A DNA stretch of 64,000 nucleotides from Candidatus Bathyarchaeota archaeon (lineage in GTDB: Archaea > Thermoproteota > Bathyarchaeia > Bathyarchaeales > DTEX01): positions 11,325 to 75,324 of the forward strand of contig JAGTQE010000005.1 in the NCBI GenBank assembly GCA_018396635.1. Direction: 5' to 3'. Below, one piece after another: positions 1 through 9,494 of the stretch. How positions within the stretch are numbered: position 1 is the stretch's first letter; every line of letters begins with the position of its first letter. Below the pieces are notes generated by a model that saw only the letters and a program-made list of their open reading frames with translations, made no database searches and was not told the origin of the DNA. A program made the translations under genes and the position numbers.

Positions 1-2871
1 ACAATAGCATACTATAGATTCATCCGAGGTTTTGAAGTGGTCTCCAGCCCAGTCGGCCATTGTCGGTAGCGGATGCTCTGTTAACATATACACGTCTGGA
101 TAGAATGCTACCGCGAAGGAGTTGAAAACCGCCCGTAAGAAATGCTTGTTTTTCCCTCTCAATAAGTATGGTATCTGGAAGCCGTAGAGATTCGGCTGCA
201 TAGAGAAGCCCCCTCTACTAAACCAGTACCTATCGAATTCTGAAGAAGGTATGCTGTACCCGTACTCGTCAGAGATGTAGCGGTTATCCTCATAATCCTT
301 CATTATCCACTCAGCTATCTTTGAGTGTGGATCTATCAGGCTGCATAAAATAAGATGCATAGCGCCTTCCAATGTCTCACGTATCCACCCTATATCCCGC
401 CCACGCCTATCGACTCTCGAAGGGATATATGGCACCCAAGTTCCATCCCTAAGCTTGACCACAGGGCTCCTAATCATGGCTTCAGTAATGCCCGCAAGCA
501 AATCATCTCTATATGCTTCAGCCTCCCTCCTAAGCCTTTCAGCCTCAGGATGATTTATTTCACCTAATATCTCTGCAATAGATTTAAGTCCCCTGTAAGC
601 GTGAGCGTTCGTCGCAATCCAATGCCAGAATTCTCTTACATCCTCTAGAGAGCCGGGAGGAAGGAAACCATACTCAATAACCTTCTTACCATTAATTGTC
701 TTCTTAGTTGCCTTTCTTTCTTCAATTATCCAATTGCATGCCTCGATTAGGTTTGGTGCAACTCTCTTAAGCCACTCTTTATCGCGAGTGTGCTTATAGT
801 GCTCTGCGAAAGCCCATAAAATCCATCCGTGATGCTGACCATAATCTCCACATTCATAGCCTCCGGCGCCGAAGAACACTCCCTTAGCGGTGGAGTATTT
901 TCCAGCCATAACGGCTGTTCCCTGATAATATATGAAGACGTCTAATCTGCGCTCCGCTTCATCGTAGAGCCCCCTCCGGTCAAGCTCGCTTATAACCATC
1001 GCGCTCTCATTAGCGAAAACGCCATAATTAAATGAGCTTACTCTACACATGTATCTCTGTGATCCAGGCTCCTTATCGTCAGTTATATGCACGTGGCTCA
1101 GAAAAGCCTTATAAAAATTGTTTAGCCATTTCTCCGGAATGTCAATCTGCATCCCCTGACTAAGTAGGCTCCTCCAGTATTGAACCGCTTTTTTCTTCTC
1201 CACCTCGAAATCTAAGCTTTTAAGCCTATTTATTTCAAAGTTTTCAAGCGGGGTTATTGAGGGAACCTTGAGATACAATACATGTTTTTCGCCTGGATTA
1301 AGGTTTAAAGTGTATATGGGGGAACCGTCTGAATCTTTAACCTCGCCACGCCCACATATATCCAAAATGTATCTAAGCCTCTTAGCTGGGTGATCTTGGC
1401 AAAGCGCATAAACGAGTCCATCCTCGTATTTAAGTTGCTCCTCCACACCTTTAGCGTCACGCCAATTCCTCTTACATAATGATGATAGTTTAAGACTGAT
1501 GGTTTTCGGAGAGAGACTCTGGGAGAAAAGCGTTATTTTCATCATGCACACTATTGGATCGTCGCCGTCTATCATCTCTTCCCCTTTAAGATCGTCAAGC
1601 AAGTTCTTTAACAGTAATGTTGCAAAAGCTTCCTGCTCAAAAACTACGCCGTCCTCTATCCACTTGGCATGAACTATCGGAAGATACTCATCCTCTAACC
1701 ATCTTTCATCCGGATCCCTATCTGGAAAGCCAAAGCCATAAGTTACGGTATCTCCATCCCAAAGAAATCTATCTGAATACTTCCCCTTCACCCTCAAATT
1801 CCAAAGCTTCGGTATAAAAATTGCACCCCTCGTATCTACCCCAATCTTCTGTCTTCGGCCCTTACATCCTAGAATGAAATGTATGCTCCTCCTCTTTGCG
1901 GGCATTTCTCTCCAGGCCCTTTCAAGGCTCTGCTCGGGCATTTTATCAATCATGTCATATATTGTCGCCAACCTTTTCCCACTTAACACGTCACTATATG
2001 CTCTGAGACTTATATTCTCAGATGATTTTGAGATCAGAACATCGTAGTCTTTTATTAGGATCGCTCTCTCCCTCTCAAGATCCCTCATAGAGAAAGAAAA
2101 GCTGAAGGCGGCTGAGCGGATAGTGACTATCGTTTCATCAAAGCTCTTTGGCTTATCAATGGAGGCATACCATATCTCCGCCCTAATTCCATCGGTTTCG
2201 CCGTCCTTGACCTCTGAGAGCCAAGAATCTTTCGATAAGATTCTTACCCTACTACAATTATTAAGTGGCTTTAAATCTTTTAGCTCGCCATTAAACACTT
2301 CAATAGACCCACTCCAAACCCTCACCTTATCCAGCCCACACCCCCACTCTACAGAGACCTCCATCAACCTCCAGGTGGAATCTGTATAAACCTCAAAACT
2401 CTCGATTTCAGGCAGATCTTTTGGGAAAAGCACCCTAACCTTTAGTGTCCTACGAAAACTCACATCATAATCAGTAAGCTCTGGATACTCCTCTGTAAGA
2501 GGTCTGAACGTGAAGAGCAGTACATTCCCTTCAACCCTCAAATTAAACCTTGCATCCCTCCACAGCCCATTATAGAGGTCATCTATGGGCCCCCAGCCGG
2601 AAAAACCAGCGCCTACATGCTCAAACTTAACTTTAGGCCAATTGCACTGCCAATATTGCACTTTAAAGGCCGCTTCACTTAGCCCTCCAGGTGGATGTTT
2701 AAACCGCATAATTATTGCGTAAATATCTCGCGGGTCGCTCCATAAAACGCCAATTTCACCTGCATTAAACCATGTTTCACCGTATCTTGCTATATTAACT
2801 GGCGCTCCGAGTGTAGGCATGGGAGTGAATACATTCATTGATATGCTACTCGTTATTCCATAACCCTCCAT
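1..2871 (-). CDS. large hypothetical protein, six-hairpin (alpha/alpha)6 glycosidase-like; C-terminus runs off the left edge
   Basis: Missing from the ORF track because no stop lies inside the window. Hand translation of the minus strand from ATG 2871..2869 (MEGYGITSSISMNVFTPMPTLGAP...) stays open for 957 codons to base 1. The distal part has GGYECGDYGQHHGWILWAFAEHYKHTRD and WHWIATNAHAYRGL helices reminiscent of six-hairpin glycosidases. The listed + strand ORFs here are short shadow ORFs. Confidence 0.6.
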   Translation of the reverse strand, partial: MEGYGITSSISMNVFTPMPTLGAPVNIARYGETWFNAGEIGVLWSDPRDIYAIIMRFKHPPGGLSEAAFKVQYWQCNWPKVKFEHVGAGFSGWGPIDDLYNGLWRDARFNLRVEGNVLLFTFRPLTEEYPELTDYDVSFRRTLKVRVLFPKDLPEIESFEVYTDSTWRLMEVSVEWGCGLDKVRVWSGSIEVFNGELKDLKPLNNCSRVRILSKDSWLSEVKDGETDGIRAEIWYASIDKPKSFDETIVTIRSAAFSFSFSMRDLERERAILIKDYDVLISKSSENISLRAYSDVLSGKRLATIYDMIDKMPEQSLERAWREMPAKRRSIHFILGCKGRRQKIGVDTRGAIFIPKLWNLRVKGKYSDRFLWDGDTVTYGFGFPDRDPDERWLEDEYLPIVHAKWIEDGVVFEQEAFATLLLKNLLDDLKGEEMIDGDDPIVCMMKITLFSQSLSPKTISLKLSSLCKRNWRDAKGVEEQLKYEDGLVYALCQDHPAKRLRYILDICGRGEVKDSDGSPIYTLNLNPGEKHVLYLKVPSITPLENFEINRLKSLDFEVEKKKAVQYWRSLLSQGMQIDIPEKWLNNFYKAFLSHVHITDDKEPGSQRYMCRVSSFNYGVFANESAMVISELDRRGLYDEAERRLDVFIYYQGTAVMAGKYSTAKGVFFGAGGYECGDYGQHHGWILWAFAEHYKHTRDKEWLKRVAPNLIEACNWIIEERKATKKTINGKKVIEYGFLPPGSLEDVREFWHWIATNAHAYRGLKSIAEILGEINHPEAERLRREAEAYRDDLLAGITEAMIRSPVVKLRDGTWVPYIPSRVDRRGRDIGWIRETLEGAMHLILCSLIDPHSKIAEWIMKDYEDNRYISDEYGYSIPSSEFDRYWFSRGGFSMQPNLYGFQIPYLLRGKNKHFLRAVFNSFAVAFYPDVYMLTEHPLPTMADWAGDHFKTSDESIVCYC

Positions 2872-2880
2872 TTAACTGCC

Positions 2881-4395
2881 TTATATACTCCATAGAGACT
2901 CTAGATGTTTCCTAATATGCTTGGAGATAACTTCATAGTATTCTTCCTCCCTATCGAGTAAAACTCTCTTAATCCTATCTCTGAAGAGCCATCTTCCATC
3001 TTCCCCTCTAGCCGATAATACTGAGCCGAATGTCACATGAAGAATCTGTCTCGCCTTAGGGTTGTCAAGATATGTCTCCTCAAGCTTCCCGTCTGTGACT
3101 TCTTCTGGCTGCCGGATCTGTGATGGGTCTGCGCTAGTATAATATGATGCCCTATCCTCCCCGAACCTTTGGATACTAAACTTAACAATCTCGCGGAATA
3201 GACTTGGATCGTGCCTCGCTATTATGCGTAGAGACTCTAGATAGCTGGTTCCAGCAGTCTTTAGGTGGATTATGTCGCCAGCTAATCTACCCATTATTGG
3301 GTATATCGAGAATTTATCGCTGCCGGAGTGTATGCTTAGCTTGTATGGTCCAAAGTTTCTGGCTATTAACGCGTGGATCTGGAACGTCCTCTCAAACTCC
3401 CCTAAATCGCCTATATAGTCGACGGCCTTCTCAAATCTGCCAACAAACCTCAGGGCTAGGCTTTGTAAGCTTATTCCTAGCCTCTTAAGCTCCAATGCTA
3501 TAAATAAGTGTTCGATTGGTTTGGTCGGGGTTTCCGTCTCATCAACGGATAGCTCAAGATCGTATCTTCCACCCTTAAACAGGTCATCTAGGAGCTCCTT
3601 CAATTTTAGGGTATGAGCGATTGCAGCAGAATACTTTACAGAAGCTCTGAGGAGATCCTCCCTTAAGAAACATAGTTCCAGGACGACTCTTCCAGCGGGA
3701 TCTTTAACTTCAAAAGTTTTCCCTAAATATCTTTCGAGGATCTCTCTCCCACTACACCTTAAAATTCCCCATGGTAAACGATTAAACTTCTCCTCTAAGA
3801 CATGGATTGGATAATTGTCTGCACCATTATCAACGTACTCTGATGGATCTATTGTATACATTGTGAAGCCCGCCGCAAACGCCTCCTTAACGTCCTCCTC
3901 AGTCTTCAAGTGATCAGCGTCGGCTGCAAAGCCATTCCGATAACCCTCTTGAAAAACCGCCCATGTAACATCATCTATAACTTCTTGAGGTGATCTTAGC
4001 GTGCGCTTCATCTCCCGCACCGACTGCTGGGCGAGGACTGGGAAGAACCTCAAATCACGTACAGCGCGTATATGTCCAGGTGTAGCTAATCCAATGCGAT
4101 CGCCTGTTCCAATGGCGGGCGTTAAACCTATTGGTATTGGCTTGGTATATGGGAAATGTTCGCGTATTTCGGCTGCGTTGTGAGGGTTGCATGGACAAAT
4201 CCTGTAGGTTAAGGATTTATCGAGGGCGCCCTCCTCCTCATGGAGAAAGTTAGCTAAGAATTTTGGGGGATTCTCTGAAGGATATATTATGACGAGCTTC
4301 CGCTCATATCCATCCCTAATCAAGAAGAAGAGAGCGTCATCCTTAATTGAGATTGAAGAATCGTAGACCTTCACCCTGCGTCCCCGTTCCTCCAT
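2881..4395 (-). CDS. tagaturonate/fructuronate epimerase (UxaE)-like protein
   Basis: 504-aa ORF. The size and the GTGDRIGLATPGHIRA motif match my memory of the UxaE family. It lies 9 nt upstream of the glycosidase-like gene on the same strand, and a uxuA gene occurs elsewhere in the window. Confidence 0.5.
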   Translation of the reverse strand: MEERGRRVKVYDSSISIKDDALFFLIRDGYERKLVIIYPSENPPKFLANFLHEEEGALDKSLTYRICPCNPHNAAEIREHFPYTKPIPIGLTPAIGTGDRIGLATPGHIRAVRDLRFFPVLAQQSVREMKRTLRSPQEVIDDVTWAVFQEGYRNGFAADADHLKTEEDVKEAFAAGFTMYTIDPSEYVDNGADNYPIHVLEEKFNRLPWGILRCSGREILERYLGKTFEVKDPAGRVVLELCFLREDLLRASVKYSAAIAHTLKLKELLDDLFKGGRYDLELSVDETETPTKPIEHLFIALELKRLGISLQSLALRFVGRFEKAVDYIGDLGEFERTFQIHALIARNFGPYKLSIHSGSDKFSIYPIMGRLAGDIIHLKTAGTSYLESLRIIARHDPSLFREIVKFSIQRFGEDRASYYTSADPSQIRQPEEVTDGKLEETYLDNPKARQILHVTFGSVLSARGEDGRWLFRDRIKRVLLDREEEYYEVISKHIRKHLESLWSI

Positions 4396-4525
4396 TAGCC
4401 TTCTAAAAGCTGAAACCTTATCCTTCAGCCCAAATTCCCTCCTTTAACCCAACAACTCTTTTACAGATCTGAAGGATTAATTTTGAGTTATTGTGCTACG
4501 TTTTGCTGGCTAACAATATATAAAT

Positions 4526-6106
4526 GTGATGGACAAACAATTATTTTTAATGTCGACGGAAGTATGGATCCAGCCAATAGATCCGCTTGGGCATATGGCG
4601 TTATCCTTCCTATTCTCCCTAGCACCCATACTGCTGCTTATACTTCTCCTATGCCTCTTTAGGAAGCCTGGGTGGGTGGCGGCGTTAGCATCCTCTGTGG
4701 TGTGCTTTGTCATCTCAGTCACCGTATATGGGGCTCCTATGCAAGTGGCTCTCTTAAGCTACGCTTATGGGCTGGTTTTTGGGCTTTGGCCCATATCTTG
4801 GATAATTCTAAACGCCATATTTCTGTATAGGGTGTCTGAGAGGTGCGGCTGCATAGAGAGCCTTTCTAAGTGGATTGGGGAGAACATGCCTAACGATAGG
4901 GGGCTATATGCCCTCTTAATCTCATTCCTCTTCGGAGGGCTTATAGAGGGAGTCGATGGATACGGTTTTCCAATAGCCATATCGTCCACACTGCTCGCTG
5001 ATCTAGGGTTTAATCCCATTGACGCCGTATGCATATCACTTTTGGCAAACACCGTCACGGTTCCATTCGCAGGCTTAGGTGTACCTATAGAAACCCTCGG
5101 CGTAGCGTCGGGGCTAGATGTCAAGGACATATGCCTATACCTCTCATCCCACCTAGCGATGATATCAGTGGCCACGGCGCCTCTAATCATTCGCATGGCG
5201 TCTGGGCGGGGAGCCGCGAGCAGGGCATATGAGGCTAGCTTTGTGGCCGGGCTATCGTTGGGAGCAGTCATTTACCTAGTGTCTGCCTATATCGATCCGC
5301 GCATATCGGGGATACTTGCACCCCTAGCCTCCATGATACTAACAATAATCTATGTTAGGGTTAGGTTTAAGGCGAAGATTAAGTCTACAGGTTTCAGGGG
5401 CTGGCTTCCATGGATAATTGTCTCAGCACTTATGGGAACAGTCAGCTTCATTGGGCTGCATAAATTGTTTGCTGTAAAGATTTATGTTCCGGGTTTGCAT
5501 GGAAGAGTCTTCATACCACTATATAGTGTTGCCTACAGCGCCATATATGAGATACAGCCATTAGCCCATGGAACACTGGCCTTAATCTCCGCCATAATCG
5601 TGGCCCTCATCTTTAACTTGAAGCCATCAGTAATGCTGTGGCTCTACATAGATTCTCTAAGGAGGATGAAGAACGCATTTCTAACCATAGCGGAGATACT
5701 GGGCTTAGCCTTCCTCATGAACTACACGGGCCTATCCCTAACACTAGGATACTCTCTGTCACATGTTGGGCCGCTGTTCCCAGCCCTCTCAGGCTTCATA
5801 GGTTGGATTGGAACCTTTGTCAGCGGTTCGGAGACGGGCTCAAACGCCCTCTTCGGAAAACTTCAGAGAATAGCAGCCGAGCTCTCCGGCCTCCCACCCC
5901 ACTTAACTACAAGCCTTAACGCTGCAGGAGGAGTTCTGGGGAAAATCGTCTCGCTCCAGAGCATAGCGATAGGCCTATCGGCGACTGGGCTGAGGAGGGA
6001 GGAGGGTGTAATCTTGCGTAGGCTGATCGGCTATAGCCTAGCCCTAACGCTCATGCTGGGTTTGATGGGATATATACAGGCATATATCTCAACTCTGAGC
6101 ATATAA
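4526..6106 (+). CDS. L-lactate/glycolate permease family (LctP) transporter
   Basis: 526 aa and polytopic. It has a GSETGSNALFGKLQ signature like the LctP/LldP family. The start may be ATG 4529 or a later Met. Confidence 0.75.
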   Translation: MMDKQLFLMSTEVWIQPIDPLGHMALSFLFSLAPILLLILLLCLFRKPGWVAALASSVVCFVISVTVYGAPMQVALLSYAYGLVFGLWPISWIILNAIFLYRVSERCGCIESLSKWIGENMPNDRGLYALLISFLFGGLIEGVDGYGFPIAISSTLLADLGFNPIDAVCISLLANTVTVPFAGLGVPIETLGVASGLDVKDICLYLSSHLAMISVATAPLIIRMASGRGAASRAYEASFVAGLSLGAVIYLVSAYIDPRISGILAPLASMILTIIYVRVRFKAKIKSTGFRGWLPWIIVSALMGTVSFIGLHKLFAVKIYVPGLHGRVFIPLYSVAYSAIYEIQPLAHGTLALISAIIVALIFNLKPSVMLWLYIDSLRRMKNAFLTIAEILGLAFLMNYTGLSLTLGYSLSHVGPLFPALSGFIGWIGTFVSGSETGSNALFGKLQRIAAELSGLPPHLTTSLNAAGGVLGKIVSLQSIAIGLSATGLRREEGVILRRLIGYSLALTLMLGLMGYIQAYISTLSI

Positions 6107-6131
6107 GTCAAAACATTCGGTTTAGAGTTAA

Positions 6132-7376
6132 TCATGACGCAAATATCTTTATGAGGGCCTCCAGGTCCGCTTCTATCTCAACTGGCTTAGGGAATTGCCT
6201 TAAAACAATATCTGGATCTTTCAGTCCATGCCCGGTGAGTATGCAGACAACAGTCTCATCCCTATCTATTAGCTTCATGTCCGCAAGCTTTATCAATCCA
6301 GCTATAGCCGCCGCGCTTGCCGGCTCAACGAAAATGCCCTCTCGCCTAGCTAAAAGCGCCTGGGCGCTCAGTATCTCCTCATCGGAGACCGTTTCAGCCA
6401 GTCCGCCGGACTCCTTAATGGCTTTAACTGCCTTCTTCCAGTTAACCGGCGAACCTATCCTTATGGCTGTTGCAATGGTTTCCGGCCTCTCAACAAACCT
6501 CATCTCCTTTAAACCCCCCTTAATGAAGTTAGCTATTGGCGCAGCACCTTCAGATTGTATTCCAATCATTTCGGGAAGCTTCTCTATTAAGCCAGCCATA
6601 TACAGCTCCTTGAAGCCCTTCCATATGGCGCTGATATTGCCAGCATTCCCAACGGGAACTATAACCTTATCTGGCACCTTATGGCCCATCTGATCCCATA
6701 TCTCGAAGGCTATTGTCTTCTGCCCCTCAAGCCTATACGGATTTATCGAGTTCAATAAATATATTGGTTGCGTTAAGCAAAGCTCCTCAACGATTCTAAG
6801 AGCTTCATCAAAATTTCCCTTGACCTGAATTACCCTAGCTCCATGAATTATCGCTTGGACAAGCTTGCCGAACGCCACTTTACCTGAAGGGATTAGCACA
6901 ATGCATTCCAACCCGGCTTTAGCCGCATATGCCGCTAAGGAGGCGGAAGTGTTACCTGTTGAGGCGCATGCAACCCTCTTCATGTCAAGTTCTAGAGCCT
7001 TAGTTACTCCAACAGTCATTCCCCTATCCTTGAATGACCCGGTTGGATTCTCGCCCTCATTCTTCACATAGAGGTTCTTTAGGTTTAATTCGCATCCAAG
7101 CCTAACACACCTGTTCAGGCTTGTCCCGCCTTCGCCCAAACTCACCATTTTACTACTATCGCTTATTGGTAGCAGCTCTATGTAGCGCCAGACGGTTAGG
7201 GGTCTCGAAGCCCACCTTAGAGATATTTCAGGGCTCATTAAATCATTATTATATTCAACTGAGAGGAGTTCTCCACAGCTAGAACACTTATAAATGATTG
7301 TGTTTGGAGGAAACTCAGCCCCGCATCCTATACATTTTAGGCGATAATGCCAGGCCATAGATCTTCTCCCATTCAT
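6132..7376 (-). CDS. thrC: threonine synthase
   Basis: N-terminal Cys4 ribbon (CIGCG...CSSCG). It carries the canonical PLP lysine motif NPTGSFKDRG, then ASTGNTSASLAAYAA and the phosphate loop PVGNAGNISA. Confidence 0.85.
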   Translation of the reverse strand: MNGRRSMAWHYRLKCIGCGAEFPPNTIIYKCSSCGELLSVEYNNDLMSPEISLRWASRPLTVWRYIELLPISDSSKMVSLGEGGTSLNRCVRLGCELNLKNLYVKNEGENPTGSFKDRGMTVGVTKALELDMKRVACASTGNTSASLAAYAAKAGLECIVLIPSGKVAFGKLVQAIIHGARVIQVKGNFDEALRIVEELCLTQPIYLLNSINPYRLEGQKTIAFEIWDQMGHKVPDKVIVPVGNAGNISAIWKGFKELYMAGLIEKLPEMIGIQSEGAAPIANFIKGGLKEMRFVERPETIATAIRIGSPVNWKKAVKAIKESGGLAETVSDEEILSAQALLARREGIFVEPASAAAIAGLIKLADMKLIDRDETVVCILTGHGLKDPDIVLRQFPKPVEIEADLEALIKIFAS

Positions 7377-7467
7377 CCTATAAATGCTGAGACTGGCCTT
7401 CCCACCTATAAAATTATTTCAGGGATCTTAAAATAATAATGGTGAATTAGCTTCGAGGGCGACAAGC

Positions 7468-8862
7468 GTGCTTGCATGTACTGAGTGCGGGGAAAAGCTG
7501 GAGGAGGACTATCCGAGAGATAAATGCCCAAAATGTGGCGGGAAGGGCACTTTAGAGTATCAAATGGACCTTGAGGAGCTGAGGGCTGCCGAGTTTACAG
7601 GGGAGTTCTCATTCTGGAGGTATAGGGCGCTTCTCCCAAAAGTAAAGAATTATGCGACTTTACATGAGGGTGGAACTCCACTATATAAGGCTGAGCGCCT
7701 AGCAAAATATATTGGTCTCCCAAAATTATACTTGAAGGATGAAACCAGGAACCCTACAAACTCCTTTAGAGATAGGGCCGCCGCACTGATGGTTTCAAAT
7801 ATGCTAGATTTTGGCTACACAGCTGCGATATGTGCCTCAAGCGGCAATATGGGTGCATCCCTATCCGCCTACTGCGCCAGGTACGGCATAATATGTCATG
7901 TTATAGTACCCGAGTACGTTGATATGGGTAAGATGGCTCAGATGATAGTGTATGATGCTGTGATTGAGGAGTATGGTAAAACCGTTGATGAAGCGATAGA
8001 GAGGGCTGAGAAGATAGTTGAGGAGACTGGCTGGTATCAGGCCACATCAGCGCTGAATCCACTCGTCATTGAAGCACAGAAAACAGTGGCTTTCGAAATA
8101 GCCGAGCAGATAGGTGTCCCAGATGTTATTGTTGTCCCAATGGGTAGCGGGGGAACAATATACTCTATATGGAAAGGCTTCAGGGAGCTTAATGATCTAG
8201 GTAAAGTAAAGGGTATGCCAAGGCTTATTGGAGTCCAGTCGAGCGGGTGCCCGCCTATAGTTAACGCTTTCCTTGAAAGGGAGGGCGAGCAGGAAACGCT
8301 ATGGACTAAGGCCACAAGCATATTCGTCCTAAACCCATTCAAAAAGAAGCTTGCCATAAAGGCCATAAGGGAGACTGGGGGCCTCGCCCTCTCAGTATCT
8401 GACCAAGAGATGCTTGAAGCTGAGCGGGAAATTGCCAAGATGGAGGGACTATTCGCTGAGCCAGCCAGCTCCGGGACCATAGCGGCCCTTAAGAAGCTCG
8501 CTCAGGAGTCAGCCATCGGCAGAGATGAGAACGTCGTATGTATAATGACTGGGAGCGGGCTTAAGGCAACAGATGTCCTACAGGCCTTATCTAAAAAGCG
8601 TAAAATAGCCTTATTAGAGGCTGAGTTTAGCACAAAGGAGAAGATACTTCGCATAATATCGCGGAAGAAGACTTATGGATATGAGATATGGAAGGAGCTG
8701 GGCAGAGTTATGACTAAGGCAGCCATATACCAGCATCTAAACGACCTAAGGAATAGGGGCCTAATATCTGTTCAGGTGAAGGATGGGAGAAAATATTTCA
8801 CAATAACCCAGAGAGGTAGGAGGGTGCTTGCCGCCATAGACGAAGTAAAAGCACTTCTTTAG
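7468..8862 (+). CDS. threonine-synthase-like (fold-type II PLP) domain lacking the Schiff-base lysine, fused to a C-terminal PadR-like winged-helix domain
   Basis: GTG start and Zn ribbon CTECG...CPKCG. The motif reads NPTNSFRDRA, with codon AGA at 7768..7770 where thrC has Lys. It retains SSGNMGASLSAY and PMGSGGTIYS. The C-terminal ~75 aa, KKTYGYEIWKEL...IYQHLNDLRNRGLISVQVKDGRKYFTITQRGRRVL, is PadR-like. Confidence 0.75.
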   Translation: MLACTECGEKLEEDYPRDKCPKCGGKGTLEYQMDLEELRAAEFTGEFSFWRYRALLPKVKNYATLHEGGTPLYKAERLAKYIGLPKLYLKDETRNPTNSFRDRAAALMVSNMLDFGYTAAICASSGNMGASLSAYCARYGIICHVIVPEYVDMGKMAQMIVYDAVIEEYGKTVDEAIERAEKIVEETGWYQATSALNPLVIEAQKTVAFEIAEQIGVPDVIVVPMGSGGTIYSIWKGFRELNDLGKVKGMPRLIGVQSSGCPPIVNAFLEREGEQETLWTKATSIFVLNPFKKKLAIKAIRETGGLALSVSDQEMLEAEREIAKMEGLFAEPASSGTIAALKKLAQESAIGRDENVVCIMTGSGLKATDVLQALSKKRKIALLEAEFSTKEKILRIISRKKTYGYEIWKELGRVMTKAAIYQHLNDLRNRGLISVQVKDGRKYFTITQRGRRVLAAIDEVKALL

Positions 8863-8896
8863 ACTTGATATGCCAGTTAACAGCAATTTTTAAATA

Positions 8897-8940
8897 ATAG
8901 TTTAGTTACAACTATACTAATCAACTTATAACTATACTAA
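8897..8940. promoter_or_regulatory. candidate operator: imperfect palindrome ATAGTTTAGTT-AC-AACTATACTAA plus an extra AACTATACTAA half-site
   Basis: AACTATACTAA occurs at 8910..8920 and 8930..8940. The palindrome at 8897..8920 matches the reverse complement of the 11261..11284 site at 22/24 positions. Its right edge is 28 nt from ATG 8948. Confidence 0.55.
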
Positions 8941-8947
8941 TGAGGGC

Positions 8948-9481
8948 ATGCGCATGGAGAAAAGAAGGGAGAGTCTCTCCAGAAGAGTGTCATTTCTGGG
9001 AATCGCCATAGCGCTCGTATACGTGGCCACCTCCATCTCAATTCCCATGCCTAAACCATTAGGCGTCTGGCATATTGGAGATATAGCGTCATTTATCGTC
9101 GCCATATTCTTCGGCCCACTTATCGGAGCACTTGCATGTGGGGTTGGCGCAATGCTCTTTGACATATGGAATCCATTATGGGGCAGCAGTTTCATTATAT
9201 GGGCTCCGGCAACGCTTATAATTAGGGGGTTCATGGGCTTCTTGCTCGGGAAGATGAGGAAGATTATGCCGAATAAGCCCAGATTCTCAGAGATATTGGC
9301 TATGATAATTGCCTCTATTCAAAAAAATGTTTGTTACTTCCTTTACGATTACGCCCTTTTTGGATCAGTAGCCTTCTTAGATTTAATAACATTTTTCCCA
9401 TTAAGTGCACTCGACATAATTGTAGCGGTGCCGTTAATATCCTCAATACGAAAGATACTAAAAGTTGAGTATTACTGCTAG
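8948..9481 (+). CDS. ECF-transporter S-component-like small membrane protein
   Basis: 177 aa with about 5-6 TM segments. FFGPLIGALACGVGAMLFDI and APATLIIRGFMGFLLG are typical of ECF substrate-capture proteins. It is a paralogue of 11315..12070. Confidence 0.6.
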   Translation: MRMEKRRESLSRRVSFLGIAIALVYVATSISIPMPKPLGVWHIGDIASFIVAIFFGPLIGALACGVGAMLFDIWNPLWGSSFIIWAPATLIIRGFMGFLLGKMRKIMPNKPRFSEILAMIIASIQKNVCYFLYDYALFGSVAFLDLITFFPLSALDIIVAVPLISSIRKILKVEYYC

Positions 9482-9494
9482 CCGAGGTGTCATA

